64,000 nucleotides of DNA. Source: Eledone cirrhosa. Taxonomy: Eukaryota. The stretch lies in assembly GCA_964016885.1 (NCBI GenBank), contig OZ024746.1, forward strand, positions 78,058,001 through 78,122,000. The letters are read 5' to 3'. Position numbers and translations under genes: made by a program. Position 1 is the first letter of the stretch, and each line of letters starts with the position of its first letter. The notes under the pieces were generated by a model. It saw nothing but the letters and a program-made list of their open reading frames with translations. It had not been told where the DNA came from and did not search any database. Positions 38,231 through 52,300 of this stretch are shown here, piece after piece.

Positions 38231-39785
38231 ATCATCATCATCATCATTTCAATTTACACCATTAGCAGTTGGCTAAAACACATTGCTGATTTGATAAAAC
38301 CGAATTAGATTTTTACAAATGTAATGTTTCTGACTATAATAACAACTCACTGACTATAACAACAACAACAATGATAGTGATACAATGATGATAACAACAA
38401 CGACAATAATAATAACAACAACAACAACAGTAATAACAATAATAGGAATAACAATAATAGTAATAATAATAATAATAGTAGTAGTAATAATAATAATAAT
38501 AATGGTGAGGAAGAAACTAAGAAAATATGGCAACAACAACAACAGCAATGATAATAAGGAAGAAAAGAAGAAAAATATAACAACAACAACATTGGCAAAG
38601 ATACCAAAAGTAATATACTAATAATATAAATATAACTGAAAAAAAAAAAAAAAAAAAAGTAAAAGTAATGAAAATAAAACTAAAAGAGATTTGTTGCTGC
38701 TGGACTGCCATTAAATCAATAAGTTTGCAAGATTTAGATTATAAAAGAGGACATTATCCCTCACCCCCTTCCTGCTCTCTCTCTCTCGCCTGCTATATCT
38801 ATCTATCTATCTCTCTTTTTCCATTACTATCTATCTCCTTCATTATCTCATCTCTCTCAATTTCTTCTCTCTCTCTCTCACTCTCTTTATTCTCTCTCTC
38901 TCTCCTTTATTCTCTCTCTCTTTCTCTCTCACTTTCTCTTTCTTCCTCTATATAGATATCTCTTGCGTTCCTCCTTCTCTCTCTCTCTCTCTCTCTCTCT
39001 CTTTCAACTCTATTTCTCTATCTCTCTTTCTCCCTCTCTATATCTCTTTCCATTCTATTTTTCTCTCTCGATCTCTTTTTCTCTTCTATCTCTCTCTCTC
39101 TCTCTTTTTCTCCCCTCTCTATTTCTTTTTCTTCCCTCTTCATTTCTCTCCTTTTTTCTCCACTCTCGTTTCCTCCCTTCTCTTCCCTCTCTATCTCTTT
39201 CTCCACTTTCTCTCTCTTTATTTCTCTCCTCTCCTCTTTATTTCTCTCCTCTCCTCTTTATCTATCTCCTCTCCTCTTTATCTATCTCATCCCCATCTCT
39301 CTTCTCCCCTCACTCAACTCTCCTCTCTTCTCTATCTCATCCCCATCTCTAATATCCATTCCACTCTCTTCTCCTCTATATCTATCTTTTCCCCATCTCT
39401 CATTTCCCCTCACTCCACTCCTCTCTATCTCATCCCCATCTCTCATCTATCCTCCACTCCACTCCACCCCTCTTTATCTATCTCTATTACATCTCCTTCA
39501 CTCACCACCTTCTCTCCCTCCTTTAAAATATTTCACATGCTAACTCCATTTCTCTATTGTGTTTCAAATGATTCATATTCTGCTTAATTTTGTATACTAT
39601 CGCCATTAAAATTGCAGTTCACTTATTTTTATTTCACTTTATTTTATTTCCTTTTATTATTTTATTTTATTTTTCTCATTTGAACATTATTGTTGTTGTT
39701 GTTGTTGTTATCATTGTTTTTATTATTATCATCATTATTAATATTATTATTTTCATTGTTATTGCTAATACTACTATTATTATTG

Positions 39786-39834
<49 letters not shown>

Positions 39835-40587
39835 TATTATCATTGCCATTGTTGTTGATTTGTTTGGCTTTTTGTTTCTGTTGATGTTCCCTCTTTAAAA
39901 AGACCTGCCTTTTTTCGTATTTCATATTTGTTTCAACCCACCGCTTCCGCCTCCCTTTCATCTGTTAGGGGGCAATAATACTTTCTATTCCCTCCTCCCC
40001 CTCACCTTTTTAAAGTGAAATATCTGTTTGTATTTATTATGGCCTTTAAATGTTTGTTGTTGTAGCTTGATATATAGTGTCTATTAGCTGCACTCCCCAT
40101 CCCCAACCATTATCCCTCCACCACCACCACCATCACCACCACTACCATTAACACCAAATACCACTTCCTTGTTGCAGAATAATACTAAGCTATTAACAAG
40201 TAAATTGTTGTCATAGTAGAAGTATATACGGTACTAGAAGATAATTTGGGATTTTGTTTAATTATATTTTTTTGTACCAAACTACCATTTTTAGTTCCAT
40301 GGTAAGAAACTGTTTATTGTGAGGTGTTTATTATATTTATCTAAAAAAAAATACCGTTCCATCTTAGTTCTATATAAGAACCTTTATTATATTCCAAACA
40401 CCAAGTTAATAATAAGAAAGTTTGTTGAATTACTAAATCTATCTAAATTCTTGATTTTTTAAATGATTTTCAAATCATAAGTTATGATTGTTATGATTGT
40501 TATTTGAAAATATCAAAAAAAAAAAGTTTGTCAATTCAAATGTGAACAAATTATTGTGAAAATTGACAGTATTATTATTTTTTAAAA

Positions 40588-40920
40588 GGGCGGTAGAGGG
40601 TCGGACGCTATGCTTTGCAGCATATAGTTATGGCCCTTTATGGTTTGAGTTCAAATCCCGCAAAGGTTAACTTTGCCTTTGATCCTTACATGGTTGATAA
40701 AATAAAGCACCAGTAATGCACTGGGATAATTGCTGACCTTCTGCCAAACACAGAAACAATTAATATTATTTAAATGGGGGCAAATTGGCAAAGTTGTTAA
40801 CATGTTGGATTAAATGCTTTAGTATTTTCTTCTGGTTCATTGTACCCTGAGTTCAAATTCTGCCAAGGTCAACTTTGCCTCTCATCCTTTTAGTGTTGAT
40901 AATAAAGTGTCAGTCTTGAA
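40588..40920 (+). mobile_element. Cluster of (ATT)n-family SINE copies
   Basis: gagttcaaat...aactttgcct...tcatcc block present twice. Confidence 0.7.
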
Positions 40921-41403
40921 TCAATAGATTGGTGAAATTGTTCACGTGTCAGACAAGATGCTTTGTGGTGCTTGATCTAGCTCTGTGTGTGCACTGAGTT
41001 GATATCCAACATCTTTCTGCCAGGAATTATAACCTGCACTTAACATCAGCAATAAAAAGCACCTTTCATATTTTAGGGAAAAGGCATTAGTTTTTAATGT
41101 ATTGCAGCCATAGTGCTGTTTTGTACTTTTTAAGAATGTCTTGCTAATGCAACTTCATACAGTAGAGGACGTTCAGAGTTAAAAAGCAGATGTATTGGGC
41201 ATTAGATCTATGACCTTTCACTACAGTCTCCATCCATCCATCATATCTTTCTCACACAGTAATTTGAAAGCAATACAAACATTTTTCAACAATGGTCATA
41301 TTTAATTGTTTAGATCTTATTGTAAAATTTCTTGGCAAAGATTTTACACTGGCGCCTGCATGCATCACTTACTATATTTGAAGCATCTTACATTGGACAG
41401 TTT

Positions 41404-41678
41404 GGAGGCACATGGCCTAGTGGTAAGTGTGTTGGACTTGTGGGTTTGATTCCCAGACTGGGTTGTGTGTTGAGTCCTTGAGCAAAACACTTTATTTCAC
41501 ATTGTTACAGTATACTCAGCAGAAAATGAGTACCAGCAGTAGCTGGGGCTTTAACCCTGTGATGAACTGGTGTCATGTCGGGGAGGGGGGGGGGCTCTTG
41601 TGCTCTCGGTCACTTAATGCCACATAAGCCAGGATAAGCACCAGTCTGATGAACCTCCACGCTTGAGACAGACTTTAG
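41404..41678 (+). mobile_element. Diverged CORE-SINE
   Basis: ggaggcacatggcctagtgg head and ccttgagcaaaacactttatttcac CORE-like block. Confidence 0.65.
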
Positions 41679-42426
41679 ACATTGGACAGTAGTGCATAAT
41701 TTATTTCAAATATGAGAACAAGAGGCGAATATATATATATGTCGTATAGGTGATTCAGTAAATTACTGGTAGTGGTACCAATATGAGCATTCAGTGAACA
41801 GGCAGAGTGTATATAATAAGAAAAAAATGATGAAGTTTCATTTACATGTTTATGTTTTTATTGAGTATAAGCCTGTTACATGTGTTTCGCAGATGATTGG
41901 CTCAGGGTCACCTATGGAAGCTTTAGACTCATCTCCAGCATTGATCTGCTCCATCAGACTGCTGATTCAACAAAAATGAATATATATCATCATTGTCATC
42001 ATCATTGTCATCATCATCATTATCATCATCATCATTGTCATCATCATCATCATTATCATCATCATCATCATCATCATCATCATTGTCATCATTTAACATC
42101 CATTTTTCCATGCTGGCATGGGCTGGACAGGTTGTCACAGACCAAGTCAGCACTTAATTGGAGTTGCTGTAATCCAACCAATAGGCCTGGGGCCCTCATC
42201 TCATTCAATCAAATTCCATTTTTTGGCATGGTTTCTAAAACTGGATCACATACATACCGAAAATTTTTCATTCTGATGATTGAAAGCAACATTTTCTTGC
42301 TTTTAAGAAACCACTGGTAAATTAAATAATTGCCTTATTTTGTTTATTACATAACTATTAAGCTCTGTTACCTACATAGAGCACTCTTTTTTCCTGGACT
42401 TTTCCGACGGAATTACTTCATTTACA

Positions 42427-42590
42427 CATCATCATCATCATCAACGTTTAACGTCCGTGTTCCACGCTTGCATGGGTTTGGACGGGGGTATTCCCACTTG
42501 AGGCAAGAGTGATTGTCTTGCTCGCATAGGACTGTCTGGCAGGTTTTCTACAGTTGGATGCCCTTCCTAACACCAACCACATTTACAGTT
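42427..42590 (-). mobile_element. RTE family C 3' fragment
   Basis: Near-identical to 470-633. Confidence 0.85.
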
Positions 42591-42591
42591 A

Positions 42592-42862
42592 TATATAGTT
42601 AGAAAGTGAACAACACAAAATATAACTACTCCATTACCAAAGGTTTCTGGATCCCAGACAATAATAATATACGTCTGGATCGGTCTGACATACATCTCTG
42701 TCTGACGACCGATCCCAGCGTATATTATTATTGTCTGGGATCCAGAAACCTTTGGTAATGGAGTAGTTATATTTTGTGTTGGTCACTTTCTAATTATATA
42801 GCTCTGTTCTATACGTAGAGCACTCTTTTTTCATTTGCTTTTTCTTCAGAATTACCTAAAAC
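42592..42862 (+). mobile_element. Palindromic hammerhead-bearing element
   Basis: ~95-bp inverted arms (42592-42685 and 42708-42800), then a tail agctctgttctatacgtagagcactc also present at 42360-42390; (TA)n flank. Confidence 0.7.
42696..42763 (+). ncRNA. Type-I hammerhead ribozyme
   Basis: CUCUGU CUGACGA cc[GAUCCCAG...CUGGGAUC]ca GAAA CC uuu GG UA AUGGAG; stem I with two G-U pairs, GUA cleavage site. Confidence 0.7.
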
Positions 42863-42864
42863 AC

Positions 42865-42943
<79 letters not shown>

Positions 42944-42946
<3 letters not shown>

Positions 42947-43276
42947 TCATTTCATTTTACGTCCACGTTTCCCTGCTTGCAAGGGTGGGACGGGAACTGA
43001 TCTGGCTTGATTTCTACAGCTGGATGCCCTTCCTAACACCAACCTCATTTACAGTGAGTGCTGGGTGCTTTTTTGCCGTGGCACCTCCACGACCACTTTA
43101 CAGTGGAATGATAGGGACTCCAGTCCCTATCATCTCATTTCTACAGCTGAGTAAACTGGAGCAATGTGAAATAAAGTGTCTTGCTCAAGGAAACAACACA
43201 TCACCCGGTCTGAGAATTGAACTCACAACCTTTCGATTGCAAGGCCAATGCTCTAACCACTAAGCCATGTGCCTCC
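42944..43276 (-). mobile_element. Young CORE-SINE with RTE tail (third copy)
   Basis: Near-identical to 13454-13801; flanked by (TA)n. Confidence 0.9.
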
Positions 43277-43294
43277 ATTATATATACATATATA

Positions 43295-43356
<62 letters not shown>

Positions 43357-43814
43357 TATACACACATATATATGTATATATACACACACACACATATATA
43401 CATATATATAGTTTCATCTTTGTTTTCAAACAGCTTCAAGTGTATTTGTTGTTGTTGTTGTTATTATATTAGCCATTCTGTCTCCTTCTAGTACATTCAT
43501 TCTTCAAAAATAAAAATCAGTGTTGAATATCATTTTTGGAGTATTTTCAGTTTTCTCTTTAAAACAAACAAACCAAAAAAAAACAAAGTCTGTGTATATG
43601 GCATGGTTATATTTATTTATTTGTTATTTATTTATTTGTTTGTTTGTTTGTTTGTTTATATATTTATATTATTTTATCACTTATTTGCATATTTATTAAT
43701 TTGTTTATTTATGTATTTATTTATTTTATTTTTTTTTTCAATATTTTCTCAAAAATATTATTGGACATGTTGGAAAAACAACTACAAAAACAAATATAAA
43801 TAAATAGTGAACTG

Positions 43815-43871
<57 letters not shown>

Positions 43872-44117
43872 ATAATAATAATAATAATAAAGAAATAGGA
43901 AATTTGAAATATAAAACTATGCTAAAAGAAAGCAGCAAAAATGGGAATAATTGTCATAAAGAAATAACTGTCATTAAGCCCATCTTAAAGAAGCTATTGA
44001 AATGTTTATAATTCACACTTGTCTCTCTTTATGTACAGCCATATGCAAGTATTATTTTATAATACTTGCATCCAGGTGTGAATGAGCATATGTGTATTGT
44101 TTTACAAGAAAGACACT

Positions 44118-44355
44118 CCACTTCTCCACTCTACTCCTTCCACACTCCATTCCTCCACTCTACTCCTTCCACACTCCACTTCTCTACTCTATTCCTCCAC
44201 ACTCTACTCCGCCACACCCCCACTCCGCCACACTCCACTCCACTCCGCCACACCGCACTCCTCCACACCCCCACTCCGCCACACCCCCACTCCGCCACAC
44301 CCCCACTCCTCCACTCCTCCACACCGCACTCCTCCACTCCTCCACTCCTCCACTG
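44118..44355. repeat. C-rich ccact/ccgccacacc degenerate tandem repeat
   Basis: Direct inspection. Confidence 0.8.
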
Positions 44356-45590
44356 CATTCGTTTTCATGTTTGTTTGTTTTGCCACTAAGTATGTGTGAT
44401 ATTTGTTTTGCAATGCATGCATACTCACACCCACCACACATGCCCACACACATACATATACATGCACACACATACGCACACATGCACACATGCCCACATA
44501 CACACATATATACATGCACCCACATGCCCGCATACACACATATATATATATATGCACACACCCACACACATGCCCACACACACATATACATACATGCACA
44601 GGTGCGCAACACACACACTCACGCATATACACATAGATAAACACACACACACATACCCACACATGAAACATGTGCATCTGCCTACACATGCATAGATACA
44701 TAAATACACACATGTTCATGCTTACAGGTGTGCACATGCATACACATATGCACACACACTCATGTACACTACACATATACACACAGGAGTACACATGCAC
44801 TTGTACACACATACACATATACACACATGCGTACACACACGCATACACACACATGCATACGCATACACATTTACACACATGCATGCATACCCATTCACAT
44901 GTACACACATTCACATGTGCACACACACACGTGTATACACATACACACACATGCATACACATACACATGTACACACATGCGTACACACACATTTACACAT
45001 GCATACACATACACGTGTACACACATGCACACACACACACATATACACACGTGTATACACATACACATGTACACACATGCGTACACATACAAAATGCATA
45101 CTCCTATTTAATACCCCCCTATCATATTGTAATTTACCATTATGTTCTAGTAGCCACTTGGATGCAGAGATGATGATGATGATGATGATGATGATGATAA
45201 GGAGGAGGAGGAGGATGAGAATGATGATAAGGAGGAGGATGAGGATGATGAGAATGAGGCAGAGGAAGATTGTGCTAAGTGCTTAAGACTGAGCTGTTAT
45301 TACAGTTTAATTCTCCCCATAAAATATTTCTTTATAGATAATATTTCAACATGTATTTGTCTATGTGTGTGTTTGTGTGTATGTTGAGTCTGTGTGTGTG
45401 TATGTGTGTGCATGCGTGTGTATGTGTGTGTATGTGTCGGTGTTTGTTTGTATGTATGTGTGTATGTATATGCATGAGTGTATGTGTTGGTGTGTGTGTG
45501 TATTTAGTGTGTAGAAATGGAAGATGTAATGAGAAGAGAAGAGAAGAAAACGAAAAAAAGATAAACAGATGCATCATCATCATCATCACC

Positions 45591-45643
<53 letters not shown>

Positions 45644-46554
45644 CGCCATAAAAATCATCATCGTCATCAAATCATCATCATCATCAACATAAAATCATAA
45701 AATTGTCATCATCATCATCATCATCACCATCATAAAATATTCATCATCATAAAATCGTCATCATCATCATCATCATCATCCGAATGATAAACTCGTCATC
45801 AATAAAATTAAAACTGATTGTTTTATTTGTTTGCTTGTGTGTAAGTTGTGTTTCAATATTTAATGTGTTTAATATGTAAATATTTAAAATAATATTTTCA
45901 GTCTTCAATATTTTTCTGTCAGTCTGTTAATTTGTCTTTAATTGACGAAGCAGAGATTAAGAACAATATTGCTAATGAATTAACCTGATAGACTCACTCT
46001 CTCACTGCTTAAAAGTATTACCGCTAATGAGGAAAACTTGATAAATTACATGTGTATGTCGGCCATATATGTGTCTAAATCTATGTATGTATGCATATAT
46101 ATGTATACATACATATATATATATATATATTTCACAAACGTCTACTTGTATAATTTATATATGTGTATGCATGTGTCGGCCAAATTGATGTTTATATATA
46201 TATATATGTATGTATGCATATATATATGTATACATATGTATATAAATACATATGTATATATATATATGTGTGTGTGTGTACATGTTTGTGTGTGTGTGTA
46301 TGTATGTATGTGTGTTTGTGTGTGTATGTATACATATAAATGTTTATGTGTTGCATGTACACATCAGTACACATGCACACAAGCTTTAAGAAAGTTACCA
46401 ATAGAGAAGAGAAATTAAGTAATGATGGAGCTAATTAATGATGTAATGGAGAGCCTAGGTAGAACATTTAAGAGGCAAATTTCTATCAATTAAGAATTTT
46501 TATTGCATACATTATTCAGTACATCAACCCTTTACCTAATTTAAATAAAACACA

Positions 46555-46722
46555 CCATATTTACCAGCGTCTTCGACGCTACCTTTTTCTTGAGTTAAGT
46601 CTCAAAAATCCACCATGCGCCCTGGAGGCCGAAGGTTTATTATTTTTTTTTTTCAAATTTTTGGTTGTCAAAATTAGGGTACATCTTCGAGGTCGCAGCA
46701 TCTTCGGCACTGGGAAATATGG
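46555..46722. mobile_element. Tc1/mariner (pogo/Tigger-like) MITE
   Basis: TIR ccatatttaccagcg / cactgggaaatatgg with TA on the right flank. Confidence 0.6.
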
Positions 46723-47844
46723 TAATTGATGTTGTTACAGCTCAAACCTATGTTGGTTTCACTGGCTTTCGCGGAGGTTGCTTCTCATAGGAGGAGGTTT
46801 TTCGAGTGTTTTTATGAAAGGATTTCCAGTTCTATACTTCACTTCACTGGACCAGACTGGAGCAACGTGAAATGAAGCATCTTGTTTAAGATTACAATAT
46901 ACCACTCTGTCCAGGAATTGAGCCCAAGACCTTATGATAATAAACCTAACAACTAGGACACAAGCTTCACTGTTATATATGTATGCCTTCAATTATATGT
47001 GCATAATTGAAGGTAGAATATAGTTGAAATAAACATAATGTAGTTTGGATTTTTTTCCTTTCAGTGTTAAATCCCAATTGATCTAACCCTCATAAAGCAG
47101 CAAAAGAAAATAGTTCAGATTTTTCTCTCAGTGCAGAATCACAATTTCACTGTTTCTGATGAAATAGCAAAATGTAGTTAGAGGTTTCACCTGTTAATGA
47201 TAAAGAAGTGTGCATGCACTTGCCCCCTCCACAGAAAAAAAAAAGGAAAAAAATTATAGCTTGGGGATTTCTCTCAGTAAAACATCACAATTGATCTATT
47301 CCTGAGGAAGCAGTAAAACAAAGTAGTTTTGGTTTCTCTTTCAGTTGAGAATCACAATTGACCTACTCCTGATGAAACTGTAGTATTAAAATTGACCTAT
47401 TCCATGAGGAATAGTAAAACAGAGTAGTTTGAATCTTTCTCTTGAGTGAGGAATCACAATTGACCGATACCTGATGAAGCAGAAACAAAATGTAGTTAGA
47501 GCTTTTTCTCTCAACGTAAAGAGACAGAACAAAATACCGTACAATGTTCTGTTAGAGACACTAATGATTCTGCCATTCCCCAATATCAACAACAACAATA
47601 ATTTTTAACATAGGCACAAGGTCAGATATTTGGGGGCGAGTGAACAGTTGATTATATAAACCCCAGAAGGATGAAAGACGAAGTTAACCTCGGTGGGATT
47701 TAAAGGACTGGAACAAAACATTGCAACAGAATCCCTCACCGCCACCCCAATTAGTCTAGCAATCCTGCTATTGCAATGATGATGATCATGCTGTTACTGC
47801 TGCTGCTACTACTACTACTACTTCTACTATTATTAAAAATAATA

Positions 47845-48233
47845 ATGGTTTCTGATTTACGCAAAAGACCAACAATGTGGGAGAAGGGGAAAGTCAACTA
47901 AATCGACCTCAGTGCATTACTGGTACTTTATTTTATCAACCCTGTAAGGATGAAAGGCAAAGCTAACCTTGGTGGGATTTGAAATCAGAACGCAAAAGGT
48001 CGTAACTCTATGCCATACAACTAGTTGTCCAATGCTCTAATAATAATTGTTTCTATGTTAGGCACAAGGCCAGCAATTACCCAGTGTATTACTGGTACTT
48101 TATTTTATCGACCCCGTAAGGATGAAAGGCAAAGTTAACCTCGGCGGGATTTGAACTCAGAATGGCAAGGGCCGTTACTCTATGCGCCAAAGCATGGCGT
48201 CCGACACTCTACCAATACTGCCAATCCACCGCC
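47845..48233 (-). mobile_element. Stacked (ATT)n-family SINEs
   Basis: Two reverse-complement copies separated by an (AAT)n tail. Confidence 0.78.
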
Positions 48234-48664
48234 TATGCTCTAATAATAATAATAATATATATTTATATATTTCCTATTTGGAACGGGATTGCTATTAAAA
48301 TATAAAAATATAAAAATAAATATGTCAAACAATAGACATACAATTACCATGAAAAACAAAACAACAACAACAACAACAGAAGGAGAAGAAGAAGAAGAAA
48401 CCTATAATTTACACCTATCTCCAATAAATAACCACCAAAGTTACCTGTTGAAACCATTTTACATACCAATGATGATGTATATAACTACATGCTGTGAAAT
48501 TAAGAGGCTATTTTACAGAGAGAGTGATGAATTATTTAATAGGTTTTACACAAGAATGGGCGTATATATATGTATGTATATGTATACACACAGATGTATA
48601 CATGTGTATGTATCATCATCCTCATTATCATCGTTTAACATCTATTTCCAAGGTAGCATGCGTT

Positions 48665-49025
48665 ATCATCATCATCATCATCATCGTTTTACGTTCATTC
48701 TTCCACACGATCATGGGTTAGACAGGTTGCCCTGTTGTGGGCAGTGTCCGGTCGGCTGACCTTGTCTTGCTCACACGGGAACTGATTCTGGCTTGATTTC
48801 TACAGCTGGATGCCTTTCCTAACACCAACCTTATATATATATATATATCATCATCATCACCATCATCATTGTTTAATGTGTTTAATGTCCATCTTCCACG
48901 CTAGCATGGGTTAGACAGGTTTGTCCCGCTTGAGGCAAGATTGGTCGGGTGACCGTGTCTCACTCGTATAGAACTGTTTCTGGCTGGTTTTCTATGGCTG
49001 GATGCCCTTCCTAACACCAACCACA
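48665..49025 (-). mobile_element. Two stacked short RTE 3'-end fragments
   Basis: Each runs from (CAT)n to ...ctaacaccaacc; same orientation as the adjacent full-length element. Confidence 0.8.
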
Positions 49026-49048
49026 CACGCACACACATATATACATAC

Positions 49049-49080
<32 letters not shown>

Positions 49081-49384
49081 CATCATCATCATCATCATCA
49101 CCGTTTTACGTCCGTTCTTCCACGCTAGCATGGGTTAGACGGGTTGTCCTGTTGTGGGCAGTGTCTGGTCGGCTGACCATGCCTTGCTCATACAGGAACT
49201 GATCTGGCTTGATTTCTACAGCTGGATGCCCTTCCTAACACCAACCTCATTTACAGTGAGTGCTGGGTGCTTTTTCGTGGCGCCTACACGTCCACTTTAC
49301 AGTGTGGGCTGGGTGCTTTTTTTGCCGTGGCACCTCCACGGCCACCTTGCGGTGGAGGGGGGGGGGGCATATTGTTTATATGCT

Positions 49385-52300
49385 TCAGCATGTACCCATG
49401 GGAGGTCGGGTACCCTGTATTACTGCGTGACGCCAGAAGTCACGGTCGTGTGTCATTGACTTTGAGAGGTGTAGTTGGGTAAGGTCGGCTTTTATCACCT
49501 CATCCCAAGTCATCTTGGGTCTCCCCACTCCGCGGTTTCCATCAACTTCTAGTGCTCTGCACCTTTTTATGCAGCTGTCATCCTTCATACGCATCACATG
49601 TCCATACCAGCGTAACCGCCTCTCCTGCACGCAGCATTTGATTCCTCTTATGCTCAGTCTCTCTCTCAATTCCTTTATGCTTTGTCGTTCACGTATATTA
49701 CTGTTACACATCCATCGGAGCATGCAGGCTTCGTTTCTCTCTAATCTACGTAAGTCTTCCACCTTCAGCGCCCAGGTCTCACTACCATGCAACATCGCTG
49801 TTCGGATACACGCATCATACAGTCTGCCTTTCATTCTGAGGGAGAAGCCTTTTGCAGCTAGCAGTGGTAGTAGTTCCCTAAACTTCTTCCATCCCGTTCT
49901 TACCCTAGTTATTGTACTTTCTGAGCACCCACCTCCGTTGCTAATTCGGTCACCTAGGTAGCAGAAGCTGTCTACTGTTTCTACAGGGCCCTCCCAGAGA
50001 TTGGTGGTACTTGTTTCCTGTGGCTGTTTGCTTGCTGTTTCAGCACAGCTGCTGCATGTGAATCCTACATTCTTAATTAAGCTTCCTGAGATCCCGCTAC
50101 ATCTCTTGTGTACCCATTGTTTGCATTTGGGGCAGAGAATGGAGTTTCTACCTACACCTTTCCTACATACTGAGCAAGGCCATTTCCCTGAGGGGATCTG
50201 GGTTCTGTTTTCTCGTCTACTTACAAGGACCTTAGTCTTTGTCATGTTGACTTTGAGGCCCTTTCTCTCTAGTCCCTGCTTCCAGGTTTGGAATTTATTC
50301 TCTAGTTCTACCATAGATTCAGCTATGAGTGCGAGGTCATCAGCATACAGGAGTTCCCATGGGCATCCGGTCTTAAACTCCTCCGTTATTGCCTGCAGGA
50401 CTATGATGAACAGGAGAGGGCTAAGAACAGAGCCCTGGTGGACCCCAACCTGTACGCTAAATTCCTCGCTATACTCATTGCCAATCCTAACTTTGCTGAC
50501 TGCTCCCCTATACATGGCTTGTACCGCTTTCACAAGCCATTCATCTACTCCTAGTTTTCTAAGAGCCCACCAGATTACTGCACGTGGAACTCTGTCAAAG
50601 GCTTTCTCAAGGTCGACAAATGCCAAGTAGAGTGGCTTACTTTTAGCTAGGTACTTTTCCTGTAATTGCCTCACAAGGAAGAGGGCATCAGTGGTGCCTT
50701 TCCCTGGTACAAACCCAAATTGCATCTCGTCTATATTCACCCGGTCCCTAATCAGCTGTGCTATAACTCTTTCTGTTACTTTCATGACCTGGTCCATCAA
50801 CTTTATACCTCTATAGTTTCCTCTATCTAGTGCATCGCCTTTACCTTTGTAGCAGTTGACAATGATGCTACTGCACCAATCTTTTGGTATGGCCCCCTCT
50901 AGTATTACCTGGTTAACGATACGTGTGGTTATAGTGTGACCTACAGACCCAGATGCCTTCAGCATCTCGGCAGCTATACCCGATGGACCGGTTGCCTTCC
51001 CTATCTTCATATCTCTGATTGCCTTACTTACTACGCTGCCGCTGACTTGTACTGCTGGTCCCTCTATAGGGTCTACGTGGGGTAGGGTCTCTTCTTCCCA
51101 TGCATTCTCCTCATTTAGTAATCTATCATAATGACTCTTCCATGCATCTTTCTTCTCAGCACTTGTGAGGGCAAGCTCACCTTTATCATTCCGGATACAC
51201 TTCTCTCCAATGACATCACAACTATCTCTGACACACTGCCTCGCAATCTTGAATACCTCCTGTTTCTGGTCCTCACGTTGTAAAACATGCTTGAATTTTC
51301 TATCCTCTGCTTCCCTCCTAGCTAAGTATACTTGTTGCCTAGCTTCCCTCTTGGTCTCTATGTAATGTACCCTGCTCCCCCCGTTCTTCCATTCTTTCCA
51401 TGCCTGTCTCTTGGCCTTGACTGCTTCATCTACCTTATTGTTCCACCACCAAGTCACTCTCCTCCTGCTTGAGGTCTTACTCCAGCCACAAACCTCATCC
51501 GTCGCCTCTAGTAAGTTATTTTTTAGGAACTCCCAGTTCTCTTCTACGTTAAATGTCTCTATCTGTTCTTCTTTACTGTCGTAGGCGTTGAGTAAAATAT
51601 CTTTAAATCTGTTACTGGTTGAGGGGACTTTCAGCTTCCAGATCTTTCTTCTCCAGGTTGGCCTCTGTTTCAGGGCTCGTCTAGTTCTGACCGTGAGGTC
51701 GCTGACAACTAAGCTATGTTGGGATGTACATTCCTCACTAGGGAAGGCTTTTGTGTTTACGACCGTCCATCTGTCACGTCCTCTGATGAGGATAAAATCT
51801 AACTGACTAGAGTGCTCCCCTGATCTATAGGTGATCAGGTGGTTGTCGGGTTTTTTAAAGTTTGTGTTACATATCGACATGTCATTGGCGTCGCAGAATT
51901 CTAGAAGTCTGAATCCTTCCTCATTCCTTGTGCCAACTCCATGGCCTCCATGTACTCTATTGAAGCCGTCGCAGTGTTTACCTACGTGTCCGTTAAAATC
52001 TCCTGCAATGATTAGGAAGTCCTTGTCGTCTGTTAGAGCAGTAGTGTGTATTAGGGACTCGTAAAACCTATCCTTAAGTTCGTCTGGCAGCCCCGATTGG
52101 GGTGCGTAAGCTGATATTATTGTGGTAATTGTCTTATTCAGGACTAGTCTAAGTTTAATGATTCTTGCATTTACCCTGTACACTGAGATTACTTTATCTA
52201 CCCACTTGTCAGCTAATAGTATACCTACACCACCCATCCCATCGTCATTTCCCACCCAGAAAAATTTGTAGCACTGGCTTTTTCCTACAAGGACTCTAGC

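Noticed and set aside
41640-41680. ctgatga as a hammerhead core
   Set aside because: No downstream GAAA with pairing stems; part of a SINE tail. Cores inside (GAT)n runs and RT coding sequence were ignored likewise
49515-52064. Plus-strand ORFs overlapping the RTE (and minus-strand ORFs within 16245-18571)
   Set aside because: Antisense shadows of the RT ORF
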